A stretch of DNA of 14,750 nt, taken from positions 1 to 14,750 of the forward strand of contig WAKA01000039.1 of the NCBI GenBank assembly GCA_015523565.1, given 5' to 3'. This document shows, in pieces, positions 8,832 to 14,750 of the stretch. Every line of letters starts with the position of its first letter. Positions within the stretch are counted from its first letter, which is position 1. Source of the stretch: Candidatus Heimdallarchaeota archaeon (GTDB taxonomy: Archaea; Asgardarchaeota; Heimdallarchaeia; Heimdallarchaeales; Kariarchaeaceae). The notes under the pieces were generated by a model. The model ran no database searches, was not told where the DNA came from, and saw only the letters and a program-made list of their open reading frames with translations. The position numbers and the translations under genes are program-made.

Positions 8832-9015
8832 AGAGAATCCCTTTTATTTTTTCACCAAATTGTTTGTAAAAACGACTAATAAGGTTAACTATTTCAAAAC
8901 CCATTATTTAATTCAAATTCGGAAAATCTTTTTGGGAACTATTCTAGAGCTCTTGGGTAATGAATTGATTTGAAAGTGATTTGATCATTGGGGAAATTAA
9001 AACGGTGCTGTTAAT

Positions 9016-10875
9016 TCAGACACCAATCAGAAAGAGTCCGGGAGTTAAGAATATGATAAAGGCAAGTATTAATGCCATCCCTGCAAGGACATAGACAAAC
9101 CAAGGAAGCCAGGACTTCTTGACCTTCTTGTCCTTAATCCATCCAGTTTTTTGGATCACCTGTATCTCATATACCCTGAGAACAGGCACTGGAATGCGTG
9201 AAAGCCATCCCTTGATACGGACTCTTGCATTCTCGAATTCAGGCAGGTCAAAAATGGCAAACTGGAGCTGACCGATTATCGTCATGGTTTCCCAAAGGGC
9301 AACCAAGGATTCCCCGTTTTCCTCAATGACAAAATTATGGTCAAGCTTGAATCCAGGCATCAAACGTCCCATTACGCGACCCTCAACCTCGACGGGTCGC
9401 CTTACGTGGACGCCTGCCTTGAAGAGAGGACTTGACTCATCCGCTTCAAGGATCTGATTGACGGTGGTTTTTTCGAATGAAAATGAATAGGCAGATCTTG
9501 CATACCAGAAGACATAAATGCCAAAAAGCAGTGCAGTTGTCTCCATGATCGCAATCCTAATGGAGGGGGACAGACTGCGTATCTGCAGAAGTGCATAGGC
9601 ACCTATGAATATGAATGACCAGAACGTGATATTGGCCAATAAAAAGACCATGTCCTTCAAGAAATAGGACTGAAGCAAAGAAGAAGTCTTAAACTGAACC
9701 TTCTGACTGAGGAGGGGGGCTTCGCCCAATTCCATGGAAAGATCGTCCATCATCTCAATGCGGTCAGATATCAATGGATGTGAGCTGAACAGTCTCAGAA
9801 CCTTTGCCATCGGTTGTGTCCTTTCCCATTTGAGCACGCGATTCATTCTATCCTCAGCCGTTCCATTTCCGTTCCCGTAAAGTGGGGTTGGACTGGTGAA
9901 TTGAGCCATGAAGCCCAGCGTGCTGAGTACTGCCCTAGTCTCCTTTGGCTTTGCCTTGTCCAATCTCTCTTTTCTTGACATCTCTTCGTCCTCTGCCTCC
10001 ATTTCAGGCAGGAATTTTGCAGCCGCCTGATAATCCCCTTGGGGAGTGATATCCAAAAGTCCGTATCCAACCTTCAACAGGGCAGTACTCAATGCACGAG
10101 GACTGCATCCATAGACATGGACACTGCCAAAATCAGCCATTGCCTCCCGTATCCGTGTCAATGACAGCAGGAATAGCATTGACACAATATAAAGGAAGCG
10201 TACAAAAACAGCCAATCCTAGAATGAATGGGTAGGCAACCCCTGCCTTGAACCCTTCCCTGTGTGTTGCAAATTCTCGCAAGAAAGAATAACAATAGGCG
10301 GTGAATAGCGGAAAGCCCGTTGCCATGGTCAACATGATGAAATCATTGTTCTTGACGTGCGAAAGCTCATGACCAATGACTGCCTTCATTTCTTCCTCAT
10401 TCAGGTACTTGAACAGACCAGCACTGACTGCCAGCCTTCCGTTCCAATGGCCATGACCATAAACAAAGGCGTTCATGGTCTCATCCTTAAGCACAATGAC
10501 CTTTTTAATGCCGATACCAGTTGCCTGCACCTTCTGCTCAAGGAAATCCACAAACCATTCAGGAAGTGGTGAATCCCTCAGTTTTCTGAACTTAAACTGT
10601 TCGGCACCGAATAGCCCGCCGATCACAATGTCCATGAAAAGTGGTGAAAAAAGCCATTGGATCAGCAACCATGAGAACCCGAACATGAAGGAGAATCCCA
10701 ATGTCAACAGACTCTCATACAGGTTAATGTCATACCTTAATGAAATGGCGACAACCACACTGAGAAGTGCCAAATAGGCAATTGCGGCCATGGCCATGAT
10801 TGAAACTACAAATCTCCCCCGCAATTTCCACTTTGTGTGTGAAAAATTGGGGGCGTGCATCATTGACACGCTCAT
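9016..10875 (-). CDS. htpX: HtpX-like M48 zinc metalloprotease with C-terminal TM + beta-barrel (OB-like) extension
   Basis: N-terminal TMs, MNAFVYG, LAVSAGL, EEEMKAVIGHELSH (HExxH), REAMAD (third Zn ligand), ALSTALLK and FSSHPLISDRI, followed by about 230 extra C-terminal aa. Confidence 0.9.
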   Translation of the reverse strand: MSVSMMHAPNFSHTKWKLRGRFVVSIMAMAAIAYLALLSVVVAISLRYDINLYESLLTLGFSFMFGFSWLLIQWLFSPLFMDIVIGGLFGAEQFKFRKLRDSPLPEWFVDFLEQKVQATGIGIKKVIVLKDETMNAFVYGHGHWNGRLAVSAGLFKYLNEEEMKAVIGHELSHVKNNDFIMLTMATGFPLFTAYCYSFLREFATHREGFKAGVAYPFILGLAVFVRFLYIVSMLFLLSLTRIREAMADFGSVHVYGCSPRALSTALLKVGYGLLDITPQGDYQAAAKFLPEMEAEDEEMSRKERLDKAKPKETRAVLSTLGFMAQFTSPTPLYGNGNGTAEDRMNRVLKWERTQPMAKVLRLFSSHPLISDRIEMMDDLSMELGEAPLLSQKVQFKTSSLLQSYFLKDMVFLLANITFWSFIFIGAYALLQIRSLSPSIRIAIMETTALLFGIYVFWYARSAYSFSFEKTTVNQILEADESSPLFKAGVHVRRPVEVEGRVMGRLMPGFKLDHNFVIEENGESLVALWETMTIIGQLQFAIFDLPEFENARVRIKGWLSRIPVPVLRVYEIQVIQKTGWIKDKKVKKSWLPWFVYVLAGMALILAFIIFLTPGLFLIGV

Positions 10876-10897
10876 ATCTGAAAAAAGGAATGGGCAA

Positions 10898-10912
10898 TAT
10901 TTAAGTTTTCCC
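10898..10912 (-). promoter_or_regulatory. Archaeal BRE-TATA promoter for htpX (leaderless)
   Basis: The minus strand reads gggaaaacTTAAATA, followed by 22 nt to ATG 10875. Confidence 0.7.
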
Positions 10913-10928
10913 TATATCTGGTGTTGTC

Positions 10929-11243
10929 CTAGTTTTCCCACACGTCCCTTTCAAAATGCCCAAAAAATACCCAATATCGGCTACTGATCACCACAAAATG
11001 CAATCGAATGCCATGAAGGGAACCCAACAAACCCTTCAACTCCGAACGTGCATTCGTTTTTGCCTCTTCCACAGTCTCTCCGTTCACAAAAATTGGGAGA
11101 GGCGGTTGCCACTTCACCACATAATAGGTGCTCTCGATCTCGTTCTGTTCATCGATGGTGGCAGTGACCTGTGGAACCTTGCCCTTACGTATCTGATTGC
11201 TCAATATGCAGATCGAACGCCAACATTCCTCAAACAAGCTCAT
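10929..11243 (-). CDS. HicB-like antitoxin-fold small protein
   Basis: YYVVKWQPPLPIFVNGETVEEAKTNARSEL matches the HicB N-domain pattern (YxxxxPxL..GETxEEAxxNA). I placed the start at ATG 11243 because TTTATA overlaps the track's TTG 11267 region and lies 24 nt before this ATG. Confidence 0.6.
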   Translation of the reverse strand: MSLFEECWRSICILSNQIRKGKVPQVTATIDEQNEIESTYYVVKWQPPLPIFVNGETVEEAKTNARSELKGLLGSLHGIRLHFVVISSRYWVFFGHFERDVWEN

Positions 11244-11267
11244 GCATCCCATCTGAACTTGAACCAA

Positions 11268-11301
11268 TATAAAGTGTGGAGACTTTCAGTAATGCTGAAA
11301 G
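11268..11301 (-). promoter_or_regulatory. TATA box plus upstream 7-5-7 inverted repeat (candidate operator)
   Basis: TTTATA on the minus strand at 11268-11273, and CTTTCAG-taatg-CTGAAAG at 11283-11301. Confidence 0.45.
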
Positions 11302-11873
11302 AGGTATTGGCTTCATTGTATCAATTTTCTTTTCAAAACAAATCACTGTTGGATCGGCCTAATTATCCCTTTCCTTTTCCTTTTCCAATATCTGGTTTCC
11401 AAGGGAAGCCATACAATAAATCTCCCACAAAATAATGCATAGGACATACCGAATTCCCTTTCAAAAAGAGTGGTTTCTACAATTTCCCAAACCAAATACT
11501 GGAAACAGGCTAATGGATGACTTCTGTGATCAGAAAATCTTTTTGTCAATCATGATTTGACTGGATAATACCTACAGTATTGAGCCATTATAGGAATCAA
11601 AAATTGAACCTGAAAACCTTAATAGTCGGCAAACAACTTCGCACTCAAGAAGGGATACGCAATATTATCTCCCTCATTCTGACTGGAAGATCTGAGAAAA
11701 CCATGGAAGTCGTCAACTTGGTGAAAACGGAAACCTAAAGATAGAGGATTGAAAAACGATTCCTTTTAACGTTGTCAACAGTAATAAACTGTACTTATGC
11801 AAGGGAAATTCATCAACCCTTGCCTTGAATAAGCTTCATCTTACTTATCCAAAAAGATTTTATGTATTTAGAA

Positions 11874-12743
11874 TTAAAAGGTCTTGTCAAAATAGGTGAA
11901 TTCGTCCTCTCGCAAAGCCATTGGATGTGGGGAATATAGGTCATCAATCATTGTGTTCACAGGTTTAAACCATTGGATAGAATAAAATGATGAAAGGAGG
12001 GTGATGAGTTGCATTACTCTGTTTCTGGGAGATTTGGGGAGAATTGCCATTGTAAAAGCTCCATTGGCAATGTCCTCCCTCTTATGTGCAATCAGAAGCG
12101 AGTAATGTTTTCCAAGTCCTTCCTCAATTGGAGGTTTTGCGTATTTGTAATAAACTAAACCCTTTGGAATAACTTTTCCTATTATGGCGACTGCGAGGAA
12201 TATCTCCTTCCTTCTAATGGGAAAGTAATAAATGTAATCGATTCTGTATCCTAGTACTCTATGAGAAATGATCATTTGAATTTGTTCTAAAGTGACGATC
12301 AGATGTTCCACTGAATTTTTTTTCAATTGCTCGTCAATCAAGGTGGAAATGGAAAGTAAATAGAGATAAAATAAGACCAGCCTCCCCAAAATCTCTAGAT
12401 TGTATACATTGATTTTTATGGCAAAATCACCAAAGATGAGCAGTGTGGGAAGAAGAATCAGCGGAATTAACTGGAACCACAAGGGAAAGAACCTTTCAAA
12501 TTGCCTCGGATTTTCAACCTTCCCTTTCATCTGCATCAATTTCAACCAACAAGTCCCAAAACCAATAAGGAAAAACCCGATTTCATAGAATATTTTTCTG
12601 GGAATGAAAATATTTTGTTGAGTAATTGTAACGAACACTAAATGAAATGTAAGGGTAAAGCAAAGTAAGGCTTTTCCAATGTAAGAACTGCCGATACCAT
12701 TCCTCATCCCAAGTTCAATGATTGCTTCTTCTTTCATTTTCAA
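11874..12743 (-). CDS. Hypothetical membrane protein (about 4 TM + soluble C-terminal domain)
   Basis: 289-aa ORF with four hydrophobic segments in the N-half. It overlaps the stop of the upstream gene (TTGA); the alternative start is ATG 12737. Confidence 0.72.
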   Translation of the reverse strand: MKMKEEAIIELGMRNGIGSSYIGKALLCFTLTFHLVFVTITQQNIFIPRKIFYEIGFFLIGFGTCWLKLMQMKGKVENPRQFERFFPLWFQLIPLILLPTLLIFGDFAIKINVYNLEILGRLVLFYLYLLSISTLIDEQLKKNSVEHLIVTLEQIQMIISHRVLGYRIDYIYYFPIRRKEIFLAVAIIGKVIPKGLVYYKYAKPPIEEGLGKHYSLLIAHKREDIANGAFTMAILPKSPRNRVMQLITLLSSFYSIQWFKPVNTMIDDLYSPHPMALREDEFTYFDKTF

Positions 12744-13447
12744 ACCTTCAGTATTCCTGATCCGTTGTCCATCAAAGCCGAAGATGGAATCACCCTTACT
12801 GAATCAGGGAAAAGTGATACTATTTGGTCAATTTGGTCTGGTTGGACATTTGATGCGACTTGGATTGCGAACGAATGTTTAGAAGTTTGTATTGTGAAAT
12901 AAAGGAAAATGTTTTTTCCATCTACAGCGTTTTCAAATACAATCTCGAAATTTCCAAAGTTTCGTTTTCCGACTGGTTTCAGTATTAGGTATTGTATGGG
13001 TATCTCAAGCTCAAATTCAGAACTCATGAATGGAAGGTGTGACTTAATTTCAATATTTTCTCCGTCTATCCTTACTTGTGTACATTGTTTGTCGAGCAGA
13101 ACCTGGAACAATAACAAGGTTGTGAAGACAGAGAAAGTAAAGACAATCCAGGATTCATATTCTAGCAATCCAAAAGAAATAGCCAACAGAAAAATGAGTA
13201 GAAAGAACATGGTGTCTGGAAATGAATAAACCAACCTTATCGGCGGGATTCCTTCAAATTTGGCAACCTGAACGATGAAGGCATAAACTATTACAAATAT
13301 TAATGAGGTGGTTGCCAAGCCCAATAAAACTCCGTTCATCCCAAGTTCAATCCAAAGGAAAAAGAGCGAAGCAAAGTCCACGAGAAGAAACACTGCCAGA
13401 AATAAAATGGGTGTAGTTGGTTTTTCCACAATATGGGTTAGATCCAC
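12740..13447 (-). CDS. Hypothetical membrane protein (about 4 TM + C-terminal beta-rich, possibly PH-like domain)
   Basis: 235-aa ORF with four hydrophobic segments, then QVRIDGENIEIKS..ELEIPIQYL beta strands and a terminal helix (DQIDQIVSLF). Confidence 0.75.
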   Translation of the reverse strand: MDLTHIVEKPTTPILFLAVFLLVDFASLFFLWIELGMNGVLLGLATTSLIFVIVYAFIVQVAKFEGIPPIRLVYSFPDTMFFLLIFLLAISFGLLEYESWIVFTFSVFTTLLLFQVLLDKQCTQVRIDGENIEIKSHLPFMSSEFELEIPIQYLILKPVGKRNFGNFEIVFENAVDGKNIFLYFTIQTSKHSFAIQVASNVQPDQIDQIVSLFPDSVRVIPSSALMDNGSGILKV

Positions 13448-13703
13448 GAATCGCTCACATTCAGCCGCTTTTTAAAACAAATGATAGAATGTCAATTTTT
13501 TTTTATTCCTTGATCCATTTATTTCTTACTTAGTGACAAATTTTGAATATACAAAAAACCTTCACGGATAAAAAAATTGAAATTTCACAATTTGCAAAAA
13601 AGTTTGTTTTTTCAAATTAAGTTTTTCCCGAGAAAAATACCACAAAACTTTCATCTTTTTTTCAGCACCACCGTAATCATCTTTCAACAATTGGTGATAT
13701 TAA

Positions 13704-14747
13704 ATGAAACAAAAAATAAAGCAAATTCTTGGAATTTCAATCCTAGCAATCCTGACAATGGGGAATTTATCTCCTTTCATGGTTGCAACATCAGAAAAAA
13801 GACAAGAGAATATTTCACTAGATGTGAATAACTCCAACAATCCATTTATTGTAACATTTGGAAATACAAAAGAAGAAAAAATCGCAGTATCAACATTGCT
13901 CGAAAACTTTCCAAATGCGAAAATAATTGATTTTAGCATGATTCATCAAATATTAAATTATGATAATCCAATTATTTATGTGGGACATGGTTCATCCTAT
14001 GGATTGGACTATTTCGGACGCATAATTGAATGGGATTATTTGGCGGATATCATAACTGCATCAAAATCCAATAACCATTACATTCTTGAATGTGAATCGA
14101 AAAGAATTACAGAGTTGGAAGATTTTTCTGGAAAAAAAGTCATCTCTTTTGCTTCTGAGATTGATGCCGAATTTGCAGCTCTCTATGTCTCTTTCATGAT
14201 TTCAAACAACAAGGGTCTTCTTAAACATTTAATTTACAGAATTAATGAAATTATGGAAGGTGCAGAACAATTTACACTTTCTCTTGGTAAAAGAGAAAAG
14301 AGTTACCATATGTTTAACCTCATAGTCCTCGCTCTGGGTATTATTTTACCTATCGTTATGTCTAATATTCCTTCTAATGTACTTGTAAAATCGTTTCTTC
14401 ATATATCTGCATACACTACAACATTGGTTCTTTTTAAAACGACTATCGACTTCTTTTTTTCAATTGCAGAAGATTGATCCGACAAACTAGATAAATTTGG
14501 AAAATTGGCAATGGCTTTATCTGCATGGATATTGATTTTTCTCAGAGAAGTGTACAAAAATGTGGGATGGTTGACTAAAACAAAAATTTATGCGGCAGCT
14601 ACTGGTGAGGTCACTTTGCTTACTCAAGCAATTAAGTGGGCTGCAATCGTGGCCTCAGCAATTGCTGTAGTGTATCAAATTTATAAAGCTTGGAATGCCT
14701 ATAATATCGACTTGGCAGACAGTAATGATTATGTAACATATTCATAA
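13704..14747 (+). CDS. Secreted caspase/CHAT-like (clan CD) His-Cys domain protein with hydrophobic C-terminal domain, interrupted by one in-frame TGA at 14475-14477 (pseudogene, readthrough or sequence error)
   Basis: GGTGA RBS, signal peptide, and motifs IIYVGHGS, YILECES and VISFASEIDAEFA. The track ORFs 13704-14477 and 14505-14747 are in the same frame with only one TGA between them (IAED*SDKLDKFGKLAMAL). Confidence 0.62.
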
Positions 14748-14750
14748 CAC

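Noticed and set aside
10956-11435. 159-aa plus-strand ORF
   Set aside because: It overlaps the HicB-like gene antisense and has no recognisable motif. The minus-strand gene has both motif and promoter support.
11343-11549. 68-aa ORF upstream of the HicB-like gene as a possible HicA toxin
   Set aside because: Size and position fit, but RSH lies too near the N-terminus, and the GSH motif, the preceding helix and the VP-H features of HicA are missing.
11628-11665. GGCAAAC...ACGCAA resemblance to a c-di-GMP-I riboswitch; GGTGAAAACGG/GCAAG resemblance to RNase P RNA further downstream
   Set aside because: There is no GNRA loop/receptor or proper P2/P3 stems, and the universal RNase P P4 motifs are absent.
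1-14750. Genome-wide TGA recoding to explain the stop at 14475
   Set aside because: TGA is the evident true stop for several genes here (318, 995, 3151, 5832, 9016, 12740), some overlapping the next start.

Overview
This AT-rich window looks archaeal: it has BRE/TATA boxes about 22-28 nt ahead of start codons, GGTGA/GGAGG ribosome-binding sites, and surface proteins with many N-glycosylation sequons and C-terminal TM+basic tails. The gene mix suggests an Asgard/Heimdallarchaeia-like organism (inference only). Left to right it holds: a MacB/LolCDE-type ABC operon (partial permease, ATPase, permease); a Uma2-like PD-(D/E)xK protein with a repeat coiled-coil tail; a surface-anchored Thr-rich glycoprotein coupled to a family-5 ABC solute-binding protein whose motif order is circularly permuted; a stand-alone cGAS/DncV-like (SMODS) nucleotidyltransferase; a long HtpX/M48 protease; an orphan HicB-like protein; a hairpin-rich intergenic stretch; two coupled 4-TM proteins; and a divergent, probably secreted caspase/CHAT-like His-Cys protein with a hydrophobic C-terminal domain interrupted by one in-frame TGA. 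I saw no rRNA, tRNA, CRISPR array or transposase. All calls come from reading motifs by eye; no searches were run.
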